Shown here: positions 13,085 through 27,300 of the stretch, one piece after another
Layout: each line of letters starts with the position of its first letter
How positions within the stretch are numbered: position 1 is the stretch's first letter
Assembly (NCBI GenBank): GCA_010093815.1
Contig: ML996573.1
Strand: one strand, 5' to 3'
Length of the DNA stretch: 64,000 bases
Source: Pseudovirgaria hyperparasitica
Lineage: Eukaryota
Notes under the pieces: model-generated
What the model saw: the letters and a program-made list of their open reading frames with translations, nothing else
What the model was told of the DNA's origin: nothing
Database searches by the model: none
Made by a program: the position numbers and the translations under genes

Positions 13085-14498
13085 ATGGGTACGAGAGCCT
13101 CAACCGATCGAAGCGTCAGCTTTGATGCAGACGTCACCAAAGCAGCTCCCGTACATAAGATACTCGGCGTTCGATTGCCTCAACGGTCCGTATCCAGATT
13201 TTGGGATATAACAATCTCTAATGGCCTAATATATTCGATTGAACCTCATACGGCGGAATCCCTGGCCACTCGAGACTGTCCTGGTGTCCTAGACGCGTCT
13301 GGGCGACTACTGGCTCCCTCTTTGTGCCATGCTCACATTCATTTAGACAAATGCTTTCTCCTGCAAGATTCAAAGTATGCGGATCTTGAAATCATCTCGG
13401 GTGATTTCAGCGAAGCAATGAGATTAACAGGCCAGGCCAAAGCTAGGTTTAGAGAAGACGATCTATTGCGAAGAGGGAGACAGCTCATCGAGGAGAGCAT
13501 ATCGTTTGGTGTAACGTCGATGCGCGCTTTTGTCGAGGTCGATGGCCAGGTCAACTTCAGATGTCTGCATGCTGGACTTCAACTCAAGAGCGAGTTTGTT
13601 GAGCGGTGCAGCATCCAGATCTGTGCCTTTGCACAGTTACCCCTATTTTCCGGCGAAGATGGAGGGGAGGAGATCAGGGTGCTGATGATAGAAGCAGCAC
13701 AAACAGAGGGTGTGGACGTAGTTGGAAGCACTCCCTACGTCGAAACTGAAGTCAGCAAGTGTAAGCAGAACATGCGCTGGATCAGTAGCCTGGCCATTGC
13801 CAATGACAAGATGCTCGATCTGCATATGGACTACCACTTGGACGACCAGAAAGAACCTATGATTTGGTCAGCGTTGCAAACCATAAAAGAACGTGGTTGG
13901 AACGAGCGCGGTGGAAAAGGCATTTGCATGGGCCATTGCACTCGTTTCACACTGTTCGAGAGTGATGAATGGGAAAGACTAAGAGACGAATGCCGCAGTC
14001 TACCTGTTTCATTCGTGGGCCTCCCTACATCAGATCTGTTCATAATAAGACCTGCGCCGGGAGCAAGAGGAACGCTGCCTATTACAGCGCTGATTCGAGA
14101 TTTTGATTTGAACGCTGCCATTGCAGTCAATAATGTTGGGAATGCGTTCACTCCTCATGGATCTTGTGACCCCCTAGCCGTTGCATGTCTTGGTGTTGGT
14201 GTTTATCATGCCGTTACGAAAGCCGACGCAGAACTATTATATGTAAGTACGACTCTAGCGCACGATGGTTATGGCTAATCAAACATAGGAATGTGTATCG
14301 ATTCGAGCGAAAACGCTGATCGGCGAGGAACAAACTGCTAGTGGTTCTCTCGAGCTTAGCGTCGGTGATCCAGCAGACTTTGTGATATTTGATCGGGATG
14401 ATCACGGCTGGCGAAACAGGAAAAGCATTGCAGAGGCTGTCTACGACGCCGGAAATAGCAGGCAGACTATTAGGAGAGGAAAAATAACAAACCCGTGA
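13085..14498 (+). CDS. Metal-dependent amidohydrolase (bacterial-type cytosine deaminase-like)
   Basis: PSLCHAHIHLDK, DLHMD, MGHCTR, NNVGNAFTP; intron ~14242-14288; last exon GDPADFVIF..RQTIRRGK. Confidence 0.88.
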
Positions 14499-15402
14499 TG
14501 CGCACGCCACGTGTGTCACGAGAGGTCACTCGCTACGCATATCTGCCTTCGCCACCATGTTCAAAATCATCTAGTTAGGTAAAATTCGAAATAGTTGCGT
14601 TATAAATGATGATTAGTAAGAACCTGTAAGACCTGTACGATAATCTATACCTTTATAGAGACTTCACTCCAGACTCTGAGTACTGTAGTAAAGTCGTGAC
14701 CTCTTTCAATATATTATATCTTTGAGAGTCTAGCAAATCTATAGACATGGTACGTATTCTAACATACAGCAAATTATACTCCTAATACATGGGATGGTAA
14801 ATAATACTTTACAGAGAAACTTCGGAATACTGTACTAGCTGACCTCATATATAGCGCTCTACCAAACGAGTTACTTCATTTCATAGAAGATTAGGTACAC
14901 ATAGTCCGTGTATACTACCATAATGAGATATGACTGGTATAGATAGAGTTATAGTACTTGTGGTAATTCTACTATACTTTGTCGAGGGACTATTCTCATG
15001 ATAGCACCATGCATGTAATCAATTTATCAAGGCAGCGGTCGGTCCGGCCTCTCCACCTTTGTCGGGAAAGCTGTGGCCAACACGCCCTATCCAGTTGGGC
15101 ACAAGGTAAGCCTTCGGCCTGTTTAGGTCTTTTATGTGGTTCTCGCCAACAAGGGCTTTGGTGGTATCTTGTGTGCCAATATCTGATCGAAAACCATGTT
15201 TGGAGACTCGACTTATACAAGGTAATATGATCTCTTCACGGAAGATCATCAATAAGTAATGAAGGGTATGGGGCTACTGAAACCCTGCAATATGTATGAT
15301 CTGGTCCAGCTCACTAGGAACTAGCCCATACGATCACATGATGCATTCTGAAGAGGAAGTCGTACCACTCAGCAGCGATCCATTGTAGGTGTCTGTAGGT
15401 GC

Positions 15403-15853
15403 TTAGTGGTAGCCGTAAATGCTCGCCGGGGGTTGTGGTGCCACCGGTGGTGCTCGGGGGTGTCCCGTTACAACATACGACTGTTCACCAGGCGCCCTGG
15501 GAACGCGTGCATGAGGTGACATAATATTCAATTCCCTTCTGTGTTTCTTCTTACGCTGCGGTGGACTGCCAAAGTCGGGTGCTCCGAAAGGCGGTGGCTC
15601 CATAGACCCAAGGGGGTGATTAGGTAGTCTCAGTTCAACAAGGCTGAAAAAGTAGTCAAGTACCTGTCCATCGTTAATATGATATGCCCAACTAGCCGTT
15701 TTAACCTTCGTCGTGTACCTCTGGATATCGCTGGATCGATGCTCTCCAGTCGGCATCGATACCTCGTTTGAGCTCGGCGTGAGCTTCACGGATCTGATGT
15801 TGTAGTTGTTGGACTGCGACTGGATGGAGAGGTGGGTTACCCGAGTATTGCAT
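15403..15853 (-). CDS. Small hypothetical protein
   Basis: MQYSGNPPLHP...WRASIQRYPE spliced over an intron (~15665-15718) to VLDYFFSLVELRLP...; start could be further upstream (15919). Confidence 0.55.
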
Positions 15854-17142
15854 GTATATGCTATAGTATGGCAGAGATGAGAGATATGTGGTATGTGCTG
15901 TATTTCGGACTTTTGTCATTTGTTGATGTCTGATAAGAACAGCCTCTCGTGCGTGATCAATAACCCAACTTCTTGGACTTGTGTCAGCTAATCTCTTTTA
16001 TATGAAGTATAGGAAGCCCAGCTTGTTTACCGTATCTCCGCCAAGCGAGGATCCAAAGCTCGCCTCTGTGCTTGTTCGACTGCAATCTTCAATCTATCTG
16101 CTTCACATGGACATTCGGGGGTGCCCGGTGCATTGCAAATGGCACAATTTGGCGTTTCCATGCTATGCTAAGCTATGATGCCGACTGTATCAGAGACAAG
16201 GCACTGGTTCAGGGATAACGGAAGAGGACAAGAGATGATCCCTCTTTCTCATGAAAGTAAAGTAGCCCAAAGCAGCATCACGAGACTGGAGGCTGAGAGG
16301 CGGGGGGCTGAGAGGTGGAAGTGATGAGTGAGAAGGAGGATGAAAAGACGATCATGGGCTATAGCGCGGCACTAGAGCGATATTTGCAGCTTGCAGGGCA
16401 ATGACGCGGGCAGAGAGCCTGGAGAGAGAGGTCCACCTTATAATTCGTCTCAGAGTGAAGCGGGATCTTATGCGTGAGTGAGTTGGCAGACCATATCGCC
16501 GCATCAAACCCCGACTACCTAGCCCATATAGCCGAGCTAACGGTCCGTAGGTGCTAGCAGAGGGGACACTATTGCTGGAGACAACTCAACATCCATATAT
16601 CATGGACGAATCGCCATCCTCAACGCTATGGAAATGGTTACTGAAACACGCAGTTATTTTCGCTTATGCATGCGGCTCAATGTCGATCGTACGCCTTACT
16701 ATTTTAACTTACATCACGTAAAGTAGGGCCGTATGTTTCTATGGACGAGATCTTGCTACGTGTCTCAGTGCCCCACTCTAGGGATGCTGTCTCTGTCCAT
16801 AAGCCTCGTCTCTAGGTCAATATATCACTTGTCACGAAACGCACTGAAATTTGAAACACGTGAAATACCAGGTTAAGCGTCATGCCACCACGTCATTATA
16901 AGTTTAAGTTCTGGCTCCAGTCAGGAGAGGTGAGGAATGAGAGTTAGACACAGCGGACTAGATAAGTCGTTCGCTCGGATCGGGAGTACATGTTGAACCA
17001 AATAATGCTTACGTGCAGTTACTGTAGCGCATTAGATGTTTTTCTTCCAGATAAATAGCGCTGATAGAGAAAGTGCCGTCGTTGATTCCTAGCTGTGAGC
17101 TTGGCTTGTGGACCCAGTCTTATGCAATGTGAGTTGCTGGTA

Positions 17143-18141
17143 TCATGATCTTCCGAACTGATCATTGAGATATTCGACAAAGATAGCCTTGATACGTGCC
17201 TTGTCCAGACTATGTTGCCTATTAAGCTGTATGAATTGTCTCCGTAGCCTTTGTAATTGTGGTAGCGAGAGTGGCGAAGCAGGTAGCCCGATCTGCAGTT
17301 GCGCATCGGGTAGACTTACGGAGCCGCCAATCTCTCCTGGATGGTCCGATTGATACGCCTGGATACGAGTCAATATTCCAGAGGTAATGTGATCCATTTC
17401 GTAGAGGTAGTTCTCCGGAGCGGCAGGTTTCAACACAGTGGCGGGATTTTGGCGAATCACTTTTGTTTTACCATCGCTACCGATTATAGCCTCCCATATA
17501 GACTCCAGGGGAGGGCTATCGTCCTCGAAAGGGACAATGAAGCAAGGCGAATCCCATCGAGTCATACCGTTTGGCTCTTCGTAGCGAAAGAGAAGGTTTT
17601 CAAAATCTTCATCACTATAACGTAGCTCTGGGGGTCGCCTGGCGTGTAGGTCGCGACACTTGTCTATACTGATACCAATATGAACCTCTGGGATTGTCAG
17701 TCGAAGTGTAACGAGTAGTGGAGAAGAAACGCACCACGCAGCTCGGTGTCTGCAGAGCTTTGGCCTCGCAATAGAGCTGGTATCGAAAACCCTTGATGTA
17801 GTTCATGCTGTCTGCGATAACGATAACGTCTCTTCCAAGCACTCTCTTGACGGCAGAATATTCTGCGGCTCTTGCATCTTTCTCGGTCCGTGCAGTATGG
17901 TAAACATGGCGCGATAGGCCTAACGATTCGTCGTTGATGTGGTGAACCGTAAGACGAGATACTCTGGGATCATTTGAGGTCAAGATCTTATCTTGGAAGA
18001 AGTTACGCAGCTGAAGCGAGCGGTAAGTTTTTCCAGAGGATGGATAACCGGATAATAAGATGAGCTAAGATGGTATAAATGAATATTAGGCGGCCGATTT
18101 AGTAGAGATAGAATTTAGAGAAATATTAAACTTACCGGCAT
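17143..18141 (-). CDS. KTI12: Elongator-associated protein KTI12
   Basis: ATG CCG|GTAAGT micro-exon; LILLSGYPSSGKT P-loop; NYIKGFRYQLYCEAK; FRYEEPNGMTRWDSP; LQRLRRQFI. Confidence 0.95.
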
Positions 18142-18199
18142 TACTATAGCAAGGCCGAAGTAAATCTACTATTTAGATTCTATAAACGCGAAGACACGT

Positions 18200-19240
18200 A
18201 GTTAATTAGATATAATAATCTTGTTTAGCTATATACTACTCTAATACTAATATTATTTTATAGAAGGGATATAGTATTAGAAAGACTCTATATAGCTATA
18301 TTATATAACTTTATACTACTATCTAGTAGAATAAGTAATTATATATTATCTTAATTATTATTAGAGATTTTATTATTATAAGTCTTTCTATATTATATTA
18401 TTATCTATCTATATAATTAGAATTCTTTTTCTAAGCTTAGTAATATTCTTCTTAGTTTTTACTAATAGCTTCTTATATCTTTTAAGAACTTTAGTATTTA
18501 TATACTATATATAATAGAAGAGATATAATAAAATACTATTTTATTTTCTATCTAGATCTCTTTCTCTAATACTAGAAACTAATATATATTATAGAAATAT
18601 TAAATATTATATAATAGCTCTATAAATACTTTATAAGTATAATATAGTTAATATTTAAGAATTCTCTACTATTCTAATATAGATAGATCTAGATATATAT
18701 ACTAGAAATACTTTAGAATAATCTATAGAATTAGTTAAGAGATTTAATATCTATATCTAGATCTCTACTTTTAAAAACTACTATATTTATTTAGATATAT
18801 CTAAGATACTATAGTAGTAATAGTCTAGCTTTTTAAAGAGTCTATATAATATTTTATTCTATTTTCTTATAGTAACTATAATACTATAAGAGAGCTATAT
18901 AATATAATAGATTAGACTTATATTATATATAAATAGATATATTAGTTAGAATAAGAATTATAATAATTAAGCTTTAATTACTTAAATTTTAAGTTTAAGT
19001 TTAAGTATACTAGTAATTTTAAATTTAAATTTAATTTTAACTTTAAGTTTAGATTAAGTAATCTCTTATACTATTAGATTAATATTTCTATAGATTATAT
19101 CTAATAAAAAATTTAATAAAATAGAATAATTAAATTAATCTTTAATACTAAGTAGCTTTTAGATAGAAATACTAGAGAGATATATACTTCCTTTATCTTA
19201 CTTATATACTTTATTATTATAGAATTTATTACTATATCAG
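18200..19240 (-). pseudogene. ~1-kb RIP-destroyed island, probably a former protein-coding sequence
   Basis: Extreme TpA enrichment between normal genes; one minus frame (~18840-18375) reads LFKKLDYYYYSILD...KVLKRYKKLLVKTKKNITKLRKRI with only TAA/TAG (RIP-type) stops. Confidence 0.45.
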
Positions 19241-19460
19241 CTAATCTAACCTACGCGTGTGAATCTTCGCGTAGCTGCTCTATTACGGAAAATACTCAAA
19301 ACTTATCGAATTTCAATGATAACGACTTCTTTTAGGACTCAATGAACCCTACACCGGACTCGTACATGTGCTGTTTATGCTATGTGGTATAGCCAAAACT
19401 GCACAGATAGTCCTCGAACGGCCCAGCAGATTCGCTGTCGGGACGCATCTTAGAGACACG

Positions 19461-20662
19461 ATGCTAAAACCACTACCTCCACCAGCTCCTTTCAGACCTA
19501 TACGACGTCGCCGTCATGGAATTCTCAGATCGAGGAATGTTGTTTTGACTCTCTTGATAGTCCTAGTGCTAGCTACCTACCTCAAATTTCGTTCAGGTCC
19601 GACGGATCCTCTACACGATGACTTCAGCGATCTGATTGCCCAAGAGAAAGAGCCAGGAGCTGTTTTCAAAGACCTAGCTGTGGATCTCGACACCGGAGTC
19701 AGAGGATCCCAACGAATTACATCGAGCGAGCCAGGGCTAATCGTTAGGAGAAGTGCATTTGTAGTTGCCAGCCGCAAAACGGAGGACACTGCCTGGCTCA
19801 AGAGATTTTTTCCACAATGGGAGAGGTGGATATATTATGTTGATGAGCCGACAGCTGAGCTTTCTATACCCAAGAACAAAGGCAGAGAGAGCATGGTGTA
19901 TCTCACGTAAGTACATGGTGCCACATGCAATGCAACTGTTTATCAAGATTGTAACCTGCATAGATTTATCATTGACAACTACGATAACCTTCCAGATGAC
20001 GTTGTTTTCATACATCCAACGAGATTTCAATGGCATAACGACGACCCCGACTATGACGGGCTACGGATGCTAAGACTGTTCCGACTATCATATTTGCGAA
20101 AGGAAGGATACGTGAACATGCGATGCGTCTGGGTACTGGGTTGCCCTAACGAAATAAAGCCCCTTCAACAAGAAGGCCATCATCGCGACGCAGTCCATGC
20201 AGGAGAAGTATATAAGAAAGCATTCGAAGATCTATTTCCTCAGAAGCCAGTCCCGGCGGCAATCGGGGTTTCGTGCTGTGCTCAGTTCGCTGCTACTAAA
20301 GAAAAGATTTTGGAAAATCCGAAGAGAGAGTACCAGCGATACAGGCAATGGATTCTTGATACTGACCACGCCGATGATATTTCTGGCCGAATTTTTGAGT
20401 ATTCGTGGCATAGTAAGTCAATAATCAGATCGAGTCTACGTCAGACTAATGGTATATAGTCATTTTTGGGAAGGATCCGGTACATTGCCCGAAGGCATCA
20501 GAGTGCTATTGTAACGTGTTTGGCCTCTGTGATCTTGAGTGCTATAAAGACGACTCCTGTGAAGGCCGCTATGCACTCCCGCCATATTCAACATTACCGA
20601 AGGGATGGCCCCGGCTCGACTGGAATGGTAAACCGCGAGAAGTATCTACGAACGATTATTAA
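19461..20662 (+). CDS. DUF3431-family type II membrane protein
   Basis: N-terminal TM; PKNKGRESMVYLT|FIIDNYDNLPD..FIH..RFQWHNDDPDYD; SCCAQFA; GRIFEYSWH; introns ~19907-19963 and ~20413-20459. Confidence 0.85.
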
Positions 20663-20854
20663 TATTACATTAATCTAGTCTTTAGATCTAACACTTCTAT
20701 TCTAAGTAGAGTATCAATAGAGTCAATACTAGTAGTTTTGAACCCCTATCACTAGACTAGATAGAACTGTTAATTGAATTTATTACGTCTAATCCTATGG
20801 AGATTCCTATATAAACTCGATTTGCTGGACTCTGGCCCTAGGCACTATTATATA

Positions 20855-22411
20855 CTATGCTTGGCGTAGTAGAGCTTCGAAGCCTCTTCGAAGGAGGTCA
20901 ATAGACCTCTCCTCAAGGGTGCCATCTACAAGGCTAGACGATATATCAAACACGTTGAAGTTTTCCGCGAGCTTCTCCCTTTCCTCGACCTTAGCTAGAC
21001 TAAGTGATAATGGTAAGATTTCTTCCATAAACTTATTAACAATTTCATATCGACAGATAATGTCTTCAGCAGCAATAACCAAGTTCTGCACATATAGCGA
21101 GAGCTTTGTCATGGAGGGGTCAGTGTCTAATGTAGAAGAAGATTGAGCTTTGAATAGCTCTTGATAAGTCCGACGATACCGTTGCAAGGTGTCTGGTGAA
21201 TCTTCCCACAGTCCAGTGGGCTCGATACCGCGCTCCATGTCTTCGTTCCATGCGTACATGGCCGGATCCCAATCCCGAGTAAGGAATGAAGGTAGTGTTT
21301 CATTTCCAATGCTGCGAGGCACAACTGTAACACCATCCCAGTCAATTAGGCTTTGCAGTCGGCCTTGTGGGGAAACAAGGATATTTTGAAAGTTAAAGTC
21401 CGGATGCGTAAGGACGAATGGTGTCTCGGCTTGGAGATCAGGAATCCAGTCGATAAATAGCTCAAGTAGCTTCCGGATACCTTGGTGCACAGGACTGGAG
21501 GGTGGCTCTTCCCTGTCAATAGCATGCCGGTAGAATGCACGGGGGGAGATAAAGGGGCCAGCAGTGTAGTACAATGGCGTTTCATCGTCGTCATTTGTAT
21601 CCAATCGTTCGAGCATGCGCTGATGGTCAGTACATCTCATAGGACCAATTTCTGTGATGTCGCCATCTTCACCAAAAACTGGTGCACCTCCAGTTTTGAA
21701 AGCAAACCGATCTAGCTGGATCATGGCTGCTGCCAGATCTTCCAAAAGCTGCGTTCTACGAGCCTGTAGCTCATTCGTGGCGATGGACTTGTCAAACCAG
21801 ACCTCATACGCTGAAGCCCCGTCTGCGAAACTCATAAGGATAAAGGGAACTCCTAGATCATTATCGAGGGAGGAGTTGAAAGAAAAGATTTCTGGGACGG
21901 GTATTGACGTGCTTCTTCGAATAAGACGCATGGTCAAGGCCTCCGATCTGAGGGCAGCGGCGGATGTAGAATTGAAATGTTCTTTTGTTCCAACGGCAGG
22001 AACCTTAAGAATCCAGCGAACATTGTCTTGAAATTTGATTAGAAAAAGAGTATGATAAGATCCAAAAAGGTTTGGCTCGAGAGTAACGTTTAGCCTCTGA
22101 GATGGAATGAATTGTTTGCCGAATGACGGCTCGATGCGCTCACGAATTTTTATACAAAAAGGGACAATATTCTCTTGCCGTATCGAAGCCAGAACTTCGG
22201 AGAATGACTGCCTATCTTCTTCACCGCTGTCTTCTGCATTGCTGTCTTCTGCATTGCTGTCTTCTGCATTGCTGTCTTCTGCATTGCTGTCTTCTGCATT
22301 GCTGTCTTCTGCATTGCTGTCTTCTGCATTGCTGGCGGCTTCATTACTGGCGGCTTCATTGCTTAAAAGTTCAGATGGCTTGATTGTCTCGAGAGGCGAA
22401 TTTGTCTGCAT
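20855..22411 (-). CDS. Aminoglycoside-phosphotransferase (APH)/kinase-like protein
   Basis: GSYH..IKFQDNVRWILKVP, SEALTMRLIR..TSIPVPEI, FVLTHPDFNFQNILV, LIDWDG; intronless. Confidence 0.88.
   Translation of the reverse strand: MQTNSPLETIKPSELLSNEAASNEAASNAEDSNAEDSNAEDSNAEDSNAEDSNAEDSNAEDSGEEDRQSFSEVLASIRQENIVPFCIKIRERIEPSFGKQFIPSQRLNVTLEPNLFGSYHTLFLIKFQDNVRWILKVPAVGTKEHFNSTSAAALRSEALTMRLIRRSTSIPVPEIFSFNSSLDNDLGVPFILMSFADGASAYEVWFDKSIATNELQARRTQLLEDLAAAMIQLDRFAFKTGGAPVFGEDGDITEIGPMRCTDHQRMLERLDTNDDDETPLYYTAGPFISPRAFYRHAIDREEPPSSPVHQGIRKLLELFIDWIPDLQAETPFVLTHPDFNFQNILVSPQGRLQSLIDWDGVTVVPRSIGNETLPSFLTRDWDPAMYAWNEDMERGIEPTGLWEDSPDTLQRYRRTYQELFKAQSSSTLDTDPSMTKLSLYVQNLVIAAEDIICRYEIVNKFMEEILPLSLSLAKVEEREKLAENFNVFDISSSLVDGTLEERSIDLLRRGFEALLRQA
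22226..22360 (-). repeat. 15-bp coding tandem repeat, (NAEDS)x7 plus 2 degenerate units
   Basis: gctgtcttctgcatt x7 at 22226-22330, then gctggcggcttcatt-type units. Confidence 0.95.
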
Positions 22412-24108
22412 TGCGATGGGCTGCCTTTTACAGAAATACGAACCAAGCGGAAGATTTGTATCTCTATGTGGTTCGTAACAACTTCTCAAGGCTGGCCGTA
22501 AGTATCTGGATGATAAATACTCCGTGGTTGTCCGAGAATCCCGCCGGCAACAGATTGTGAACCTTTCTCGCCATTCGAACAGACTGACGCATAGAAATGC
22601 AAGTTATTAATAGAGTCACTTATTTGAACTGTCATTATCAGCTGTACCATAGATGATCGTACTTCTAGCACCCCAAGACGGTCCATTTCTGTTCCTTTAC
22701 CGCCCGGCTAGATCTGTTACCAATCGCATTGAACCGCCGACAGGTAAGCGCTGAGAGCTTTACAACGAGCCCAAGCGTTACGATTTGGAAGAGCATTTAC
22801 CAATAAAAGCAGTACGAACGTTTCTATGGGAAAATGCACATCTCGGCACGGCGAAATCGATAGGTTGTGATGTCGTCTAGGCGAAACATAACAGCCACGA
22901 TGCGCCGGGTAGCCTTGTGCCTCCCGAAGTCGACTGCAGAAAGATAGAAAGTTACAGGGCCATTACTCTGGTAGTGACGTGTATAAAGTATCGAGTTAAT
23001 GCTACTAATCTACATATTCATATATCAGACATATTCAAAGGATCGATCTAGCATTACTCTAAGTCTCTTAGCTAGGCTCTATTATAGATCTAACGGAGCC
23101 GAGAAAGAACGTTAGGTACTATATACTCTTTACCTAGTCTATATTTAAGCTCTAGGTTAAACTATAATAGATACTATAAGACCTATACTAGTTAGAAATT
23201 TAGCTTATTAACTAATAAGCTTATAAGTACTATCTACTAAATAATATTTAGTATAGCTATATAGTTAGTAATAATAATTATTAGTTAGTCTAAACTATTA
23301 ACTATATAGTATATTTAATATATAGTCTATATAACTACTACTACTTCTAGCTCTATTAGCTAGTAATATAACTTAGCTAAAGAGAGTTCTTTACTAAGGT
23401 ATAGAATAGACTTAATATCTAATTATCTAATCTTTATAATATAATCTACTTCTTCTTTAATATAATAAGTAAAGACTCTAAAGCTATACTTTAATATATT
23501 AATATCTATATAAAGCTATTATTTTAGATTATAATAGATAAGCTTAGTTTTATCTATAAAGATAGTCTAAATACCCTTCTATAATACTAGTAGCTAGTCT
23601 ATTTAAGTAATCTTTATTTATTTATAGTATACTATATATATATAGTCTACTAAAGGTACTTTCTTAAGAAGATATATTTTCTCTATCTATAGATTCTAGA
23701 TAAGTTAAATATAATATAGTATATATTACTATAACTAACTAGTTAGTCTAAGGTAGTACTTAAGCTTATTAAGTATATTAGAATACTAGAGATTATATAT
23801 AGCTACTAATTTCTTAGCTATAGTAGAGAGTCTATAAGTATTAACCTTTTAGCTAAGAAGAATAATAGATAGATATTCTAAGTAATACTTTTTATCTTTA
23901 AGTATTAGGTTTCTTATCTATAGAGTAGAGAATATCTACTAAAGATAGTTAAGATACTTATTAAGTTTCTTACTAAATATAGAAATATTATTAATATATA
24001 CTATAGTAAACGCCTTATATCTAGCTTTATATAAGATCTTATTAATCTATCTCTATATATATAATAGAGAGTTATAGAAATCTATTAGAATAATATTTAA
24101 CTACTTCT

Positions 24109-24336
24109 TATTAGAACTTAGTCTTAGGTATAACCCGATCCGTATATACCTTAGCTAACCTAGTTAGAAGATAGCGTGAAGGGTAGTAAATAGTTATATA
24201 TTAGATAGATTAGTATCCCTTTATATATATACTCTTAGATTTCTACTAATAGAGTTTAGTAGTAATTTATTCTATAATAGAATATACTCTATTATTCTAT
24301 TTAACTATATTACTATCTAATAACCCTATTCTTATA
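24109..24336 (+). repeat. 5' LTR of element B (228 bp)
   Basis: tattagaact...cttata (RIP of TG..CA), direct repeat of 31321-31548. Confidence 0.92.
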
Positions 24337-27300
24337 TTTAAATTACTCTCTATATAGTACTATAGTTAAGATAGTCTAACTAGAACTAAGAAGGTTAATA
24401 TAATCTACTATAGAGATAAGTAATACTATATTAAATAATAGAGATTCTCTATAATTAGTATTAATTCTAGCTATTCCTAACTAAGAAGTAGAGATATTAG
24501 ACTAAATTATAGAGCTTTCTAATAAAGAAATAGTAGATATACTAAGTAACTTCTAATAATAAGAAGCTAGATAATAAGTTATAGCGGAGCTATATAAGAT
24601 ATTATAATAAACTATTACTAAACTATAGAAGTATATTACTAATTAAGTCTAAGAGATCTAGATTCTTAAAGAATAGACTAAATATATAAAACTCCTTATA
24701 AAGAGATAAGAACTTAAAAAGTCTCTTAATAAACTACGCTAAATAATAGTAGATAAATAACTTTCTATACTAATTTAGGTAGAATTAGTTTACCTACTAC
24801 TAGAGTTATAATAATCTACTATACTCCTAGCTACTTTATTACTAATTTATTCTACTTCTTCTCTAGATATACTAAAATCTAAAGATCTAACTATATTTAT
24901 AGAGAAGAACTAAAAGAAGTAGAAAGACTAGAAGAGAGACTATAAAAAGTACTTCCTTAATAACTCTCTACTCTTTTCTACTAAAGTATAATATATTTTA
25001 TTTAGAGAATAATATCTAGACTTATAATTCTATAATTAATAGAATAGATAGAAGGAAGTATAGCTATTATCTATAATAACCTAGAAATATTTAGCTATAT
25101 TTATACTAAATACCCTTAGAATAGATAGAGAATATAAAAGAAAGATACTATCTAAGTTAAGAAGTATAGTATAATAACTAAACTAGATATCTACTTAACT
25201 ACTATAATACCTTTAAAACCTATAGAATAATATCTCTATACTATAGAAAAATATTTATATATTCTAGTTTTATAAAGTACTACTTCTATTAATCTATAAA
25301 AGACTAGAAATAGTATTATTAAGTTTTAACTATCTATATAAATTAGAGAAGAAAGCTAATAAATACTACTATATTCTTAAGAAATATAGCTCTCTAGATA
25401 AAACCAACAAACCCTATATAGATTAGAAATAAGATTAATTAAATATATTTAATTAAGAGTAATCTTACTATAATTAGTACTAGAAGAGTATAAATTAGAG
25501 TAGAAATATATTAAGAAGATACTAAAATAATTAAGGTAGTACTTCTTAATATAGAAAAGAATAAAATATAGACTTAAATATAATATCTATTATAAAATAG
25601 TAGAATTATAGTATACTTTATTACTATAAGTATAGAGAAATAGAATATATTTTATCTAACTATAAGAATCTAAAAAAAGAATAGACTAATATATAAGATC
25701 TAACTATATTCTTAGCTAAATTATATATAATTAGAAGAAGCTATAGTATCTTCTAGTAAGTAAAGACCTAATATTACTAAAAGTATTATTATCTATAGTA
25801 AATAGTAATAAAACTATATAGGCCCTTATAGATACTAGTATAGAAGATAATTATAATATTTTATTAATTCTTATAAAGGAGTATAGATTATTATATAATC
25901 CTAGTAAAGTTAGCTAAACTATTATAGTTAATAGATATAAAGTTAGAACTTTAGATAAAGCTATAATAAATTATAAAGTTTATAACTTAAAGATAATAAA
26001 ATAGTAGATATCTAATAAATTTATTATAGCTAATATTAGGTAATAGAATATGATTCTAGAGATACCTTAGCTTAAATATCTAAACTCTATTCTTAATTTT
26101 TAGAAGAAGATATTAATATTCTATTAATATTATAATAAATTATACTAGTAAGTTATAACTATTAGTAAGAAGATATAGAACCTTACTATATAGACTTAAT
26201 TATTACTAATCTATCTTATATCTCTATTAATTATTAATAAAGATAAGAATAATAGTAATAATTAGAGCAAAGACACGCTATCTAATATATATTTATAGTA
26301 TATAGATATATTTTTAGTAGAAGATATATTACTTCTCTCTAATTATAGACTATATAAGCTAAAGATTAAGCTTAAAGAGAGAGTAGACATCTCTTATAGT
26401 CTACTTCATCTACTTATAAGACTAGAACTTAAAGTTCTTTATAAATATATTAAAGAATACCTTAGAAGAGACTAGATATATTATAGTATATTATTAGCTA
26501 GTATATCTATTCTCTTTATAAAGAAGAAAGATAGAAGTTTATATCTATATATTAACTATTAGATACTAAATATAGTAACTAAGAAGAATTATTATCTATT
26601 ACTACTAGTTAGTAAATCTTTAGACTAATTAATAAAGATAAAGTACTTTATAAAGCTAAATTTATAAGATATATATTACTAGCTTTAAATTTATTATAGA
26701 GATAAGTAGAAAACTATATTTCAGACTAGATATAGTTATTTTAAGTATACTATTATACTATTTAGACTAATAAATATACTAGAAGTATTTTAAGAATATA
26801 ATAATACTATACTTATAGAATTACTTAATATAATTTATATAGTTTATCTTAATAATATACTAATTTACTCTAATAGTATATAAAATTATAAAGAATATAT
26901 AAAATTAGTACTAAATTATCTAAGATAGTATAAACTCTATATAAAATTATCTAAATATAAGTTTTACTAATAAGAAGTTAGATTTCTTAGCTTTATTATA
27001 ATATATAGCGGTCTAAAAATAGAGCTAGAGTATATAAAGACTATTATAGAATAGCTAGAATCTACTACTATATATTAAATTAGAATATTTATAGGTTTTA
27101 TAAACTATTATTATAAATTTATTATAGACTTCTTATAAATTATAGTACTACTTAATAAACTTATAGAGAATAGTAGTAAAATCTCTATAGATAGGCGAGT
27201 ATAGTATAAAGCTAAGTTAGTTAAGATATAGTTAATACTAGAAGTATAAGATATATTCTAATTATTAAAGAATTACTTTATAACTATACTAATTCTTAGG

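Noticed and set aside
24129..24160. atccgtatatac shared between the Gypsy LTR and the inverted-repeat arm at 1706
   Set aside because: Only ~12 bp in TA-rich context; similarity does not extend
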